Shown: positions 8,237-19,216 of the stretch, in pieces | Position numbering within the stretch: the stretch's first letter is position 1 | How the letters are laid out: each line of letters opens with the position of its first letter | Source: Polyangiaceae bacterium | Lineage (GTDB): Bacteria > Myxococcota_A > Polyangia > Polyangiales > Polyangiaceae | Assembly: GCA_044376115.1 (NCBI GenBank) | Contig: JBILLK010000008.1 | Location: 192,001 to 256,000 of the forward strand | Direction of reading: 5' to 3' | DNA: 64,000 bases | Notes under the pieces: model-generated | Database searches by the model: none | What the model was told of the DNA's origin: nothing | Seen by the model: only the letters and a program-made list of their open reading frames with translations | Translations under genes and position numbers: made by a program

Positions 8237-10531
8237 CTAGGGCTTCTTGGCCGGGCTGGGAGCCGTGACATCCAGTTCTTGGATCAAGTCCGAGAGTTCG
8301 CTCCTCGCGTCGAGACGCTTGGCCTCGAGCTCGGCCAGTTGCGCGCCCAGCTTGTTGCCCTCGGTGCTGAACTCATCGAGCTGCTTCGTCCACTTTTGGC
8401 GCTGGGCAGCGGCCTGGTTGTTCTTCTCGATCGCTTGGATATTCGCGCGGAGCTCGGAGGCTCGCTGATCGAGCTTGTTGCGCTTCTCGGTCAGGCCAAA
8501 GAGCTGCTCCTCGAGCCTCCCCAGCTCCCTGCGCTTGTCCACGACCGGTTGCAGCTTCTTCTTCAGCTCGGGCGTGAGGTCGGTGTAGGTCAGCAGCTTC
8601 TCGAGCAGCTCGAGCGCAGGCCGCTCCCAGATGCTCAGCGAGCTGCGGCTGGGAGTTTGCTCGATGATGGTGATGGTGCCTTCACGCGCGCCGGCGGCCA
8701 CGTTGACGGGCACGAGGTAACCGTCCGATAGGTCTTCGGTCCCTGCTGGTCGCTCCGAGAGCGAGTAGTTCCAGCCGGTCTTGCTGTGACGAATGAGGAC
8801 GTTGAAGCCCTTGTCGTTGGTCTGACTCTTGACGGTGTAGGTGGTAACGCGGCGAGCGAATTGCTCCACCTCGAGCACGCCGCGCGACATCTTGATCAGC
8901 CGCATCTCCTCGCGGTCGTCTTTGACCGACGAACTGACCATGATGTCGGTCTCCACGGCGAAAGGAATGGTGGCACTCGTACCCGCGCCAACCGTCTCAC
9001 TGAGCCCTTCGCCCACGAAGCTGCCGCCTGCATAGATAGAGATCGGCCCGGGCTCGAGCACGAACGGGGTGCTGTTGCGGAACCGCACCACACGGTAGGG
9101 ATTGGCCTCGTAGCCCATGCCAGCGCCGCCCGGTCGGAACAGGAAGGTCTCTTCGCCTTCGACGTCGGAGTTCACGATCGCGACCATCGTCGAGGTGCCG
9201 TCGGGGACGGTCACGCGCGAATCGAGATCGAAGCGCGTTTGACCGGAGACGGTGGCGGCTTTTGCTTGCGCCAACGTCGAGCGGCGCAGCGAATCGAAGT
9301 CGATGGTTTGCTCTTGTTTGAGCGACTCACCGCCGTATCCGTAGCCCTTCTCGGCGGACTTCGGGGGAGGCGCCGGGCTCGCTGAAGCGAGCCGACTGGG
9401 GCGCTTCTTTGATTCGTTGCGTGACTCTTTGGCGCCGCCAAACGCACGCCCGCCCTGAACTTCGTCGAGGTCGTAAGCGCCGTCGCCCTCGGCTTCCTCC
9501 GCTGCGGCCATCGCGCCGGGGGCCGGCAGCCCAGCCATGAGTCCGGCGTCGGGCGCAGGCTGATAGGTGGTCTCGCCCACCATGGCCTGCGCCTGCTTGC
9601 GTACGCCGGTTTCGGTTAGGTCGGCGCGAAAGACGTCGCGCGGCGTGTGAAGGTCGTACCGGAACGCGATCGGCGCGCCGCTGGTGAGCCCGAGCTCGAC
9701 GTTGCCCCAGTCTTCACCGCTGGTGTTGTCCACGACGGCCCACGCTTGAAGCAGCGCCTTGCCTTTGCCCTCCTTGGGTAGCACGACGCGATAGGTCGGC
9801 TTCCACATCGGCGCCTGCGCCACGTAGCTCACGAGCAAGTCGTGCGAGCTTGCTCCGACGAGCCGAATGCTGACGGCGACCTGCTGGAACATGCCCTCAC
9901 CGGCGCTCGCATCGAGCGTGCGATTGAACTGCATCGCCAGGTCTCCGTCCTCGAGCTTGATCGAGCGCACCTTGGACAACTTCACCACGCGCAAATTCGC
10001 GCCGTCGAGCAGCGTGACACGGTGGTCGGTGGAGCCCGGCTGGGGCATGGGGAAGGACCCGCGGGCAGCGGGCATGTCCTCGGGCGCGTCATCGAGCTGT
10101 TCCACCATGATGATGCGGCCAGTGATGCTGCCGTCGGAGGTAACCAACGTCACGCCGGAGCCGCGCAAATCATCGAGCACTTGGGCCAGGTTTCCGCGAC
10201 CCGGTTGCAACGTCGCGAGCGCAGCGTTGGCCCACGTCGACGGATCGAGCGGCATCGATACGCTGACCGCGCGGCCCGTCGCCTTCTCGACCACGGTCAA
10301 GCTCTTGAGCAGGTCATTGACCTGGTCCTTGCGAACCTTGATCGTCAGAATGTCCCCGTCCACCTCGCCGGTGCGCTCAAAGTAACCAACACCGTTACGG
10401 TACAAAACGACGCGGTCGAGCTTGAGCGGTGAGTCGGTGGTGGGGTAGCGCAGTCTCGCTTCGTTGGCACAGCCAAAGAACGTCGAAGCAACTAAGAACA
10501 GAGCTGACAATGGGAGGCGCTTTCGAAACAT
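8237..10531 (-). CDS. DUF4139 domain-containing lipoprotein (start re-called at MFRKRLPL)
   Basis: RVVLYRNGVGYFER, NDLLKSL, PMWKPTYR, LQAWAVVDNTSGEDW; C-terminal coiled coil; lipobox FFGC. Confidence 0.85.
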   Translation of the reverse strand: MFRKRLPLSALFLVASTFFGCANEARLRYPTTDSPLKLDRVVLYRNGVGYFERTGEVDGDILTIKVRKDQVNDLLKSLTVVEKATGRAVSVSMPLDPSTWANAALATLQPGRGNLAQVLDDLRGSGVTLVTSDGSITGRIIMVEQLDDAPEDMPAARGSFPMPQPGSTDHRVTLLDGANLRVVKLSKVRSIKLEDGDLAMQFNRTLDASAGEGMFQQVAVSIRLVGASSHDLLVSYVAQAPMWKPTYRVVLPKEGKGKALLQAWAVVDNTSGEDWGNVELGLTSGAPIAFRYDLHTPRDVFRADLTETGVRKQAQAMVGETTYQPAPDAGLMAGLPAPGAMAAAEEAEGDGAYDLDEVQGGRAFGGAKESRNESKKRPSRLASASPAPPPKSAEKGYGYGGESLKQEQTIDFDSLRRSTLAQAKAATVSGQTRFDLDSRVTVPDGTSTMVAIVNSDVEGEETFLFRPGGAGMGYEANPYRVVRFRNSTPFVLEPGPISIYAGGSFVGEGLSETVGAGTSATIPFAVETDIMVSSSVKDDREEMRLIKMSRGVLEVEQFARRVTTYTVKSQTNDKGFNVLIRHSKTGWNYSLSERPAGTEDLSDGYLVPVNVAAGAREGTITIIEQTPSRSSLSIWERPALELLEKLLTYTDLTPELKKKLQPVVDKRRELGRLEEQLFGLTEKRNKLDQRASELRANIQAIEKNNQAAAQRQKWTKQLDEFSTEGNKLGAQLAELEAKRLDARSELSDLIQELDVTAPSPAKKP

Positions 10532-10640
10532 GCGGGGATACTCTCCGTTGAGCGAGGGGTCGTCCAGACGGAGCAGACGTACGACAACGGAATTCGTTCT
10601 ATGCTTTCTCCGGTTGTCTTCGCCCTCCGGCTCGGACACA

Positions 10641-12218
10641 TTGCGGGCGTTGCTCACTCTTGCTCGGCGAGTCGCGGTCGACGGACCCCTCAAACCACGC
10701 GAAGGCGTGCGCCTGGGAGCTCGCCTCGCGCGGACGTTGAAGCCACTGCATGCGAGCGGTGAGTCGCACGGCCGCATCGGCGCGGAGGCGATCTTACTGC
10801 CCACACGGCTCCTCGCCGACGCGGTGCTGATCCAGCCGCAGAAGCCTCGCGCGAGGCCGCTCAAAAAGAGCGGGCCGGCTGGGCTCGCGGCCGACACCGT
10901 GGCTATCGCGCGGCTGGTGCACTTCGCGATCACCGCCCATGAGACGGCGGCCGGCGAGCGTCCGCCGCCCTTGGCCGTCTTCGATTCCGGGGACGATGAG
11001 CTCGACCAAACGCTGAACGACGTGTTCCTTCGGGCGACAACGCCCACGCCCGCTACGCTCGATCAGCTTTGTGAATCGCTCGACCGTTGGTTGGAAGCCG
11101 AAGGGGCGCTCGTCGACGAGCCGCTCGCGTGGGAGGAGGAGGCAGCGGAACCGTCGATTGACCTCTCCACGCTCCCTCCGCCCCCCGCTGCGCCACTGAG
11201 CCAGGCCGGGTACGGCTTGGACGAGGCGACACTCGACTTCGAGGAAGACGGGGAACGCCCGACGGTGCCGGGGAGCGTTGAACAACCACCGAGGCGCATG
11301 CCCAAGCTGGTTCCGCCCAAGCTAGGTACTCGTCCGTCGAAAGGCCGCAGCGCAGAGAAAGAGCAAGCCGACGACGCCAAAGCACCGGACTCGGCGCCGT
11401 TGGCCGAAAGAGAGCCCGCGAATCCACGTGCAGGTTGGCCTTGGCTCGCCGCCGTGGCGTCGGCGGCTGCGGTCGTCATCGTATGGTTTGCGACCCGAGG
11501 ATCGACGTCGAACATGGGTGACGCCCAGCCTTCCTCCGGCGCTGAACGGCCTGCAGACTCGCTGCCTTTGGCTTCGCAGAGCGGCGCGCCGGCACGCGCG
11601 GCGAGCGAGCTGACGAACTCCTTGCGCGCGACCGCCAACCCCGCGAGCGCGACGGCAGCGGCTTCAACGCCTTCCGTTGCTACGGCCTCCAGCGCGCCGG
11701 TCGCGGCACCGGAAGCACTCGAACGCTGCATCACCCGAGCGCTGCCCGCCGACACGTTCGAAGGGACCTTTACCGATTTCAGTCCGGTGTGCGCCGCGAG
11801 CGAGGTGCTCGATGGTTCGCAACGGTTTCGCGAGATGATCGTGAGGGCGGGTCATGGGCGCGCCGTTACCAGCGGCATGAAAGAGTGGTCGCTGCTGGGC
11901 TTCTTCGAGTTGGCGGCCTTCGCGGTGCTCCGTCAGCGCTGCTGCAACGCCGAGCCCATCGCTGTGCCTTCGTCCCCGGAGAGTTGCCCCGTCTCGATGG
12001 AGAAGGCGATCCGACAGCTCGAAGCGGCTGACTTCTCCTCCAAGAAGCAAGTCGCTTCGGCCATCGACCAACTGGAGAAAGCCGCCCGCTGCATAACGCG
12101 CTCAGGCGCCGAAAAGCGCTTTGGTGGGCATCCGGCCCTCTCCGGTGGCGAAGGAACGCCGCTCAAACGGATCGTAAAGCGGCTCGGTGAGCCCACATCT
12201 GCTCACAAAGCGCCGTGA
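10641..12218 (+). CDS. Membrane protein with degenerate (pseudo)kinase C-lobe, TM helix and Cys-containing extracytoplasmic domain (start uncertain)
   Basis: LHASGESHGRIGAEAILL where kinases have HRDLKPxN; ADTVAIARLVHFAITA resembles subdomain IX; TM segment WPWLAAVASAAAVVIVWF. Confidence 0.65.
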   Translation: MRALLTLARRVAVDGPLKPREGVRLGARLARTLKPLHASGESHGRIGAEAILLPTRLLADAVLIQPQKPRARPLKKSGPAGLAADTVAIARLVHFAITAHETAAGERPPPLAVFDSGDDELDQTLNDVFLRATTPTPATLDQLCESLDRWLEAEGALVDEPLAWEEEAAEPSIDLSTLPPPPAAPLSQAGYGLDEATLDFEEDGERPTVPGSVEQPPRRMPKLVPPKLGTRPSKGRSAEKEQADDAKAPDSAPLAEREPANPRAGWPWLAAVASAAAVVIVWFATRGSTSNMGDAQPSSGAERPADSLPLASQSGAPARAASELTNSLRATANPASATAAASTPSVATASSAPVAAPEALERCITRALPADTFEGTFTDFSPVCAASEVLDGSQRFREMIVRAGHGRAVTSGMKEWSLLGFFELAAFAVLRQRCCNAEPIAVPSSPESCPVSMEKAIRQLEAADFSSKKQVASAIDQLEKAARCITRSGAEKRFGGHPALSGGEGTPLKRIVKRLGEPTSAHKAP

Positions 12219-12320
12219 ACGCTTTGCGCAGCAAAGCAGCTACTGGTGGGCCACAGGCCAAGCGGTGGTATCATCGACGTTCTTACGCGCGACGAGCTCG
12301 CGCCGCCCTTGCACCTTGCC

Positions 12321-13752
<1,432 letters not shown>

Positions 13753-13760
<8 letters not shown>

Positions 13761-14760
13761 GTGTCTATTGGGGTTGGGATTGCTAGCGAACCTGCTGCTC
13801 GCTGGAACTGCGCTTGCGCAAACACCCACCGACTCGCCCGAGGTGAACGGGGCTGAACCGACGAGGGACACGAAGGCGAACGCCATCCAGTTCTTCAACC
13901 GCGCGAAGGACCTGCACGAGGCTGGGAAGTTCTCGGAGGCGTGTCCGCTGTTCGAAGAGAGTTTGCGGCTCGACTTCGGGCTTGGGGCGTTGCTCTACCT
14001 CTCGGATTGTCAGGAGCAGATTGGCCGAACCGCGAGCGCGTGGGCCGGCTTCAAAGAGGCCTCTGAGTTAGCGGCGCGCGCAGGCCAAAAAGAGCGCGCG
14101 GCGATCGCCGCTGATCGCGCAGCAAAGCTTGAACCGACCTTGAGCTACCTGCGCATCGAGCTCGCGCCAGAGCACGCCGAGACCAAGACGCGCCTCAAGC
14201 GGAACGGCGCCGCAATCAGCGCACTCTTGTCGCTCGACGCGTTGGCTGTCGACCCTGGCCCGCAGGAAGTCATCGCTGAGGCCGACGGCTACAAGCCGTT
14301 CAAGACCTCGATTGAGGTCCCCAAAGGAACAGGCACCACCACGCTCAAGATCCCCGCGCTCGAGAAAGCGCCTGTCGTCGCTACTCCGCAAGAGTCGTCG
14401 GGCATCGATGGTGATTCGATGCGCATCGCTGGGGTCGTGGTTGGCGGCGGAGGCTTGGTGGGAATCGCCATCGGCACCGGCTTCGGCATCGACGCCATCA
14501 AGACGTATGACGCAGCGTTGGCTACCTGCGAGGGCGGCGCACCCAATCGCTGCACCGACGAGGGCATCGCGCTGCAAGAGTCGGCGAAGCAATCCGCGCT
14601 GATCTCGACGATCTCCTTTGCAGTGGGTGGCACGTTGGTCGCGGGCGGTGCGCTGCTCTACTTCCTCGCACCCGCTAGTGAGCCGGCCCCGGCTGTCATG
14701 CTGAGAGACTTTCGTATTGGGTCTGACGGAGCTTACTTATCGCTAGGAGGTGTCTTGTGA
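13753..14760 (+). CDS. TPR + PEGA-like membrane-anchored protein
   Basis: Signal peptide; ACPLFEESLRL...GALLYLSDCQEQIGRTASAW TPR; VDPGPQEVIAEADGYKP PEGA-like segment; C-terminal TM hairpin; overlaps the kinase stop. Confidence 0.8.
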
Positions 14761-15839
14761 AGTTCATCCGCGTGACTGAGGCAACTGCTCTCCGCGCCCT
14801 CGCGCAACTTGGACTCCTGTCCTGCTTGCTCGCCGGCTGTGATGCACTGATCGGGATTCAGGATCTGAGCAAGCCGACGAACACCGGGGGTTCTGGCGGC
14901 CAGGGCACTCAGTGCACCGTGCCCGCCGACTGCCCGGACACCGGGGATCCGTGCATCGTGCGGGCGTGTGCGAACAACCAATGCGAGCTGCGTGAGGTTC
15001 CGGACGGCCCTGTCGCTTCGGACCCCGTGGGCGACTGCAAGCAGCAGGCGTGCGCCGCGGGCCTCTTGGTTGAGACGCCCGACGCAACCGACCTCCTCGT
15101 CGACGGCAACCCCTGCACCCTGGACGCGTGCTCGCCCGACGGTCCCTTACCTCCGACGAACACGGCGAAAGGCGAAGCGTGCGAGGGGACTGCGGGTGTG
15201 TGCGACGGCGACGGCGCCTGCGTCGAGTGCTTACCGCTCGGCAACCAATGCACCGGCGTCAGCGTGTGCATCATGAACGAGTGCGTTTCGGCCAGTTGCA
15301 ACAACGGCACGAAGGATCCGATGGAGACCGACGTCGATTGCGGCGGCTCCTGCCCTGCCTGTGCAGACGGGAAAGACTGCGAAGAGGGCAACGACTGCGA
15401 GTCGTTGGTCTGCGAGAGCGGCGGTGGCGGTAGCATGACCTGCCAAAAGCCGACCTGCGACGACAGCAAGAAGAACGGGCTCGAGACGGCCAAAGATTGC
15501 GGCGGGAATTGCCCAGCGTGTGAGGACGGCAAAGGCTGCCTCAAGGACTCCGACTGCCTGTCGTTACAGTGCACAGATTGCTCGGGAAGCGGCTGCGTCT
15601 GCTCAGCGCCCAGCTGCACCGATGGCGTAGAAAACGGGCAGGAGATCGACGTCGATTGTGGGCCCGGCCAGGACTGCGTCGGAACCTGCGAGACAGGTCG
15701 GGCTTGTGATCAGCCTGAATGGTGTTTCTCGTTCAACTGCGTAGACAACATTTGCCTCGCGCCGTCGTGCGATGACGAGATCCTCAACGGCAACGAACAA
15801 AACACCGATTGCGGCGGGGATTGCGACCCCTGCATTTAA
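14757..15839 (+). CDS. Cys-rich repeat lipoprotein
   Basis: Lipobox LAGC; repeats SCxDG..NGxETDVDCGG; DGNPCTLDAC; GTGA overlap. Confidence 0.85.
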   Translation: MKFIRVTEATALRALAQLGLLSCLLAGCDALIGIQDLSKPTNTGGSGGQGTQCTVPADCPDTGDPCIVRACANNQCELREVPDGPVASDPVGDCKQQACAAGLLVETPDATDLLVDGNPCTLDACSPDGPLPPTNTAKGEACEGTAGVCDGDGACVECLPLGNQCTGVSVCIMNECVSASCNNGTKDPMETDVDCGGSCPACADGKDCEEGNDCESLVCESGGGGSMTCQKPTCDDSKKNGLETAKDCGGNCPACEDGKGCLKDSDCLSLQCTDCSGSGCVCSAPSCTDGVENGQEIDVDCGPGQDCVGTCETGRACDQPEWCFSFNCVDNICLAPSCDDEILNGNEQNTDCGGDCDPCI

Positions 15840-16318
15840 CCCGCAGGAACGACGAGCTTGACCAGCGTTAGTACTCGACCAACGAGCAGTTGGTCGAAGC
15901 GCTCGGCCTCGCCCTCGAGCACCGCAGCGTAGGCCGTCTTCATCTCGACCTGCGTCTGCGTAAGCACGCTCACGAGATCCTCCCAGCCCGGGTTGTGCCC
16001 GACGATCATCCAGGTTTTGACGTCGGCTGGGAGTTCGGCGGCGAGCTCTCGTACGGCGTCGAGATCGGTCAGGTAGAAACGCCGATCAAACTGCACCGGC
16101 ACCGAATCGAAGCACGGCCGCATCGCCTCGAGCGTCTCGCGCGTGCGCGTCGAATCACTCGAGGTGATGTAGTCGGGCACGAAGCCGAGTTCGAGCAGCT
16201 GGGCAGCCGTGGACGGCGCTTCACGCAGCCCACGCTTGTTGAGTGGCCGTTCGTGATCATTGGACGCACCGGCGTCCCAATCGCTTTTGGCGTGCCTAAG
16301 TACGATGAGTCGCCGCAT
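15836..16318 (-). CDS. sixA: SixA-like phosphohistidine phosphatase
   Basis: MRRLIVLRHAKSDW...DHERPLNKRG, SSDSTRTRET, IVGHNPG. Confidence 0.88.
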   Translation of the reverse strand: MRRLIVLRHAKSDWDAGASNDHERPLNKRGLREAPSTAAQLLELGFVPDYITSSDSTRTRETLEAMRPCFDSVPVQFDRRFYLTDLDAVRELAAELPADVKTWMIVGHNPGWEDLVSVLTQTQVEMKTAYAAVLEGEAERFDQLLVGRVLTLVKLVVPAG

Positions 16319-16326
16319 GAAAGCGC

Positions 16327-17502
16327 TCAGGGAGCCGTCGGCTGCTGCTGGGGCCCGATGCCGGGAACACAGGCGAACGTGGTGTCGGGGTCCCCATCGT
16401 CGATCACCGACATCTGCGTGTAGTCCGGTATCGGCGCATCGTTGAAGATCTCGCATTCGTCACGCGTGCAGATGTCGTTGTCCACGGGGGTGAGCGTGCG
16501 TCGCACCTCGAGGTCGTCGATGTTCCAGCCACCCACCGAAGGCAGCGTGGCGGTCTTGCTAAACGAAAAGACCAAGCGCAGCGAGTTGCCGGTCGCAAGC
16601 GCGTCCGCAGCGGCGGCCGTTAGATCGTGCCTGACCTCAAACCAACCTGTACCAAGGGGCGGCGCGTCGTTCACGACGCCGGCGGTGTTGTCCCAAATGG
16701 GATAGCTGTTCGGCCCAACCGTCGCGGTGATCGACGCGCCCATATCAGCGGGCGCGTCACCAGCGAGCCAGCGCCAGAAGACCAACGTTACGAACTCTTC
16801 GGGTTGCACCGAGCTGACGTTGATGCTCGGGCTCGTGAGCGGGCTGATGATCGCCTGCGTGGCCACGAGAGCGCCTTGCGCCGTGCCTGCGATGCCATCC
16901 CCTTCCTCGGAGTGATCCGAGATCGGATCATTCGCGCCGTTCTTTCCGCCGGAACTCGCAGCTGCCGAGCCGATGAACCACTGCGGCCCGAGCGCCCAGC
17001 CAGCAGCGTTGCTGGTGAAGTTCTCGGAGAAGATCGTGGAGTACGGAAGGTTCGACGGGCCGGTCACCGGGTCGCACAGATCGTAGGTGCAGGGGTTGTC
17101 GACGATCGGGGTGGCGATGTTTTGAATGGTCCCCGTCCTGGGGTCGCACGAATCCATCGTGCAAATGTTGTCGTCTTCGGCGGCATCGAACTGCACGCAC
17201 TTGTTCTCATCGGGGTTGCAGAACTCGATGGTGCAGAGATCGTCGTCGTCGCAGTCGGGGTCACCGAGACAGTCCTGGCCGTTGACGCCTCCTCCCGTTC
17301 CGCTGCTGCCACCACCGCCTACGAGCCCGGTGCCAACCGAACTGTTGCCGTTGGGGGTGGGCACCTCGGTCACGCCGTCCTTGTCCTCGGGCGCGCCGCT
17401 GCCGTTCACGTCGTTGCAGCCGAAGAGGGCGACGACGCTGAGCAGCAAGGCCGCGTTGGAGCCGCGAAGGGAGGTGCGTGCGGATGAAGCTAGGGAGGCC
17501 AT
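16327..17502 (-). CDS. Lipoprotein with DDxxCTxDxC Cys repeats and a jelly-roll/MAM-like domain
   Basis: Lipobox LFGC; CDDDDLCTIEFC and DDNICTMDSC repeats; LTSPSINVS...LVFWRWL...GWNIDDLEV. Confidence 0.75.
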   Translation of the reverse strand: MASLASSARTSLRGSNAALLLSVVALFGCNDVNGSGAPEDKDGVTEVPTPNGNSSVGTGLVGGGGSSGTGGGVNGQDCLGDPDCDDDDLCTIEFCNPDENKCVQFDAAEDDNICTMDSCDPRTGTIQNIATPIVDNPCTYDLCDPVTGPSNLPYSTIFSENFTSNAAGWALGPQWFIGSAAASSGGKNGANDPISDHSEEGDGIAGTAQGALVATQAIISPLTSPSINVSSVQPEEFVTLVFWRWLAGDAPADMGASITATVGPNSYPIWDNTAGVVNDAPPLGTGWFEVRHDLTAAAADALATGNSLRLVFSFSKTATLPSVGGWNIDDLEVRRTLTPVDNDICTRDECEIFNDAPIPDYTQMSVIDDGDPDTTFACVPGIGPQQQPTAP

Positions 17503-17537
17503 GGCGGCAGCGTATCGGGCCTGGGTCAGCAAGCCAA

Positions 17538-17577
17538 GATTCCGCCGAAGGCGTCACGGGTGATTCCGCCGAAGGCG
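17538..17577. repeat. Two direct copies of GATTCCGCCGAAGGCG (REP-like hairpin; cUUCGg loop on the minus strand)
   Basis: Identical 16-mers at 17538-17553 and 17562-17577; related copy at 42427. Confidence 0.7.
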
Positions 17578-17649
17578 AAACGCAATGACTCGAGCCGCTG
17601 CAGTCCGCTGGTGCGGCGCTGCACCGGTTGATCTATCCAGCTCCGCAGT

Positions 17650-19188
17650 ATGTCGATGTTCTCCGACCGTTCTGCGGGACTCCTTCTCCACCCCACGTCA
17701 CTCCCGGGGCCGTTCGGCTCGGGAGATCTAGGCCGAAATGCGCGGGATCTCGTGGATTTCTTGGCAGCGGCTGGGATTCGCTTTTGGCAGGTGCTGCCGC
17801 TTGGCCCGGTAGGCGCGGGCGATTCGCCTTACTCCGGGACCAGCGTTTTTGCCGGAAACCCGTGGTTGGTCAGCCTGGATAGCCTAGTCGAGGCTGGGCT
17901 GTTGCCGTCCGACGCCGAGGAACTGCAACCCAAAGCTTCGACGCGCAATTGCGACTTCGGCGCGGCCAAAGAGCTGCGGGAACGCGCGCTGCGACGAGCG
18001 TATAGCCAGTTCGAGTCGCTGCCGCGCAGCGCCGACTTCGAGTCCTTCGTCGCCGGTAACGCCTATTGGCTCGATGACTTCGCCACCTATGCGGCGCTCA
18101 AACGCCAATTCAACGATGGGCCCTTCTTCGATTGGCCCGAGCCCTATCGGCGTCGGGACCGCCAGGCGCTCGAGAGCTTTCGACGCGACGCTGCGCGCGA
18201 AATCGCCTTCCACAAATTCGTGCAGTGGCGGTTCTTTCGCGACCTCAATGAGCTATCCGCGTACGCGAAATCGCGCGGCGTTCGGCTGATGGGGGACGCT
18301 CCGATCTACGTTGCTCACGACTCGTGCGACGTGTGGGCGCATCCGGAGCTGTTCCTGCTTGGGCCCTCCGGCGAGCCACGCAGCGTGGCCGGTGTGCCGC
18401 CCGACGCCTTCAGTGATGAAGGCCAGCTATGGGGTAATCCGCTCTACAACTGGGACGTGCTCGAAGGCACCGGGTTCGGCTTTTTCCTCGCTCGCCTCGC
18501 GCTAATGTTCAAAAGCCTGGATTGCGTACGGCTCGATCACTTCATTGGCTTTACGCGCTACTGGGCTATCCCGCGCGAGGCCAAGACGGCCAAAGACGGC
18601 GTCTTCCACGACGTCCCAGGCGAGGCGTTCTTCGCCACCGTCTTCCGCGAGCTCGGCGAAGTGCCGCTCATCGCCGAAGACCTCGGCGTGCTCACGCCGC
18701 GCGTGAAGGCCATGCGGGATCACTTCAACTTGCCGGGCATGAACATCCTGCAGTTCTCCTTCAGCCCAGACCGCGGCGCAGAAGCTTCACGCCCCCATCG
18801 CTATCGCCGCCACAGCGTGGTCTACACCGGGACCCACGACAACGACACCTCGGTGGGCTTCTTTCAAGGCCCGCCGGACAACGCCTCGGCCAGCGCTGTC
18901 GCCAGCTATCAAGGCGAGCGCGCGTTTGCGCTCGAATACCTCGGCCTACCGAAGACCGCCGACGCCCGCGAAGCTGCGCGTGCGCTGGTGCGCGCCTGCT
19001 TCGCCAGCCCGGTCAATACGGCGATCGTTCCGGCGCAAGATCTGCTCGAGCTCGGCCGCGAAACGCGCATGAACCGGCCCGGCATCGCCGCAGGCAATTG
19101 GGGCTTCCGCGTACAACCGGGAGAGCTGACGCCCGAACTCGCAGCGCAGGTTCGCCGATCGCTCGAGCTTTACGGGCGGCTGGGCTGA
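17650..19188 (+). CDS. malQ: 4-alpha-glucanotransferase (amylomaltase, GH77)
   Basis: GLLLHPTSLP, WQVLPLGP, GVPPDAFSDEGQLWGNPLY, RLDHFIG, IAEDLG, YTGTHDNDT, MNRPG. Confidence 0.96.
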   Translation: MSMFSDRSAGLLLHPTSLPGPFGSGDLGRNARDLVDFLAAAGIRFWQVLPLGPVGAGDSPYSGTSVFAGNPWLVSLDSLVEAGLLPSDAEELQPKASTRNCDFGAAKELRERALRRAYSQFESLPRSADFESFVAGNAYWLDDFATYAALKRQFNDGPFFDWPEPYRRRDRQALESFRRDAAREIAFHKFVQWRFFRDLNELSAYAKSRGVRLMGDAPIYVAHDSCDVWAHPELFLLGPSGEPRSVAGVPPDAFSDEGQLWGNPLYNWDVLEGTGFGFFLARLALMFKSLDCVRLDHFIGFTRYWAIPREAKTAKDGVFHDVPGEAFFATVFRELGEVPLIAEDLGVLTPRVKAMRDHFNLPGMNILQFSFSPDRGAEASRPHRYRRHSVVYTGTHDNDTSVGFFQGPPDNASASAVASYQGERAFALEYLGLPKTADAREAARALVRACFASPVNTAIVPAQDLLELGRETRMNRPGIAAGNWGFRVQPGELTPELAAQVRRSLELYGRLG

Positions 19189-19216
19189 CCGCTGGAGCTG
19201 GCGCACGCGGCCCGGC

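Noticed and set aside
10532..11047. N-terminal extension of the 936-aa ORF
   Set aside because: Overlaps the divergent gene; the signal peptide and lipobox begin at ATG 10531.
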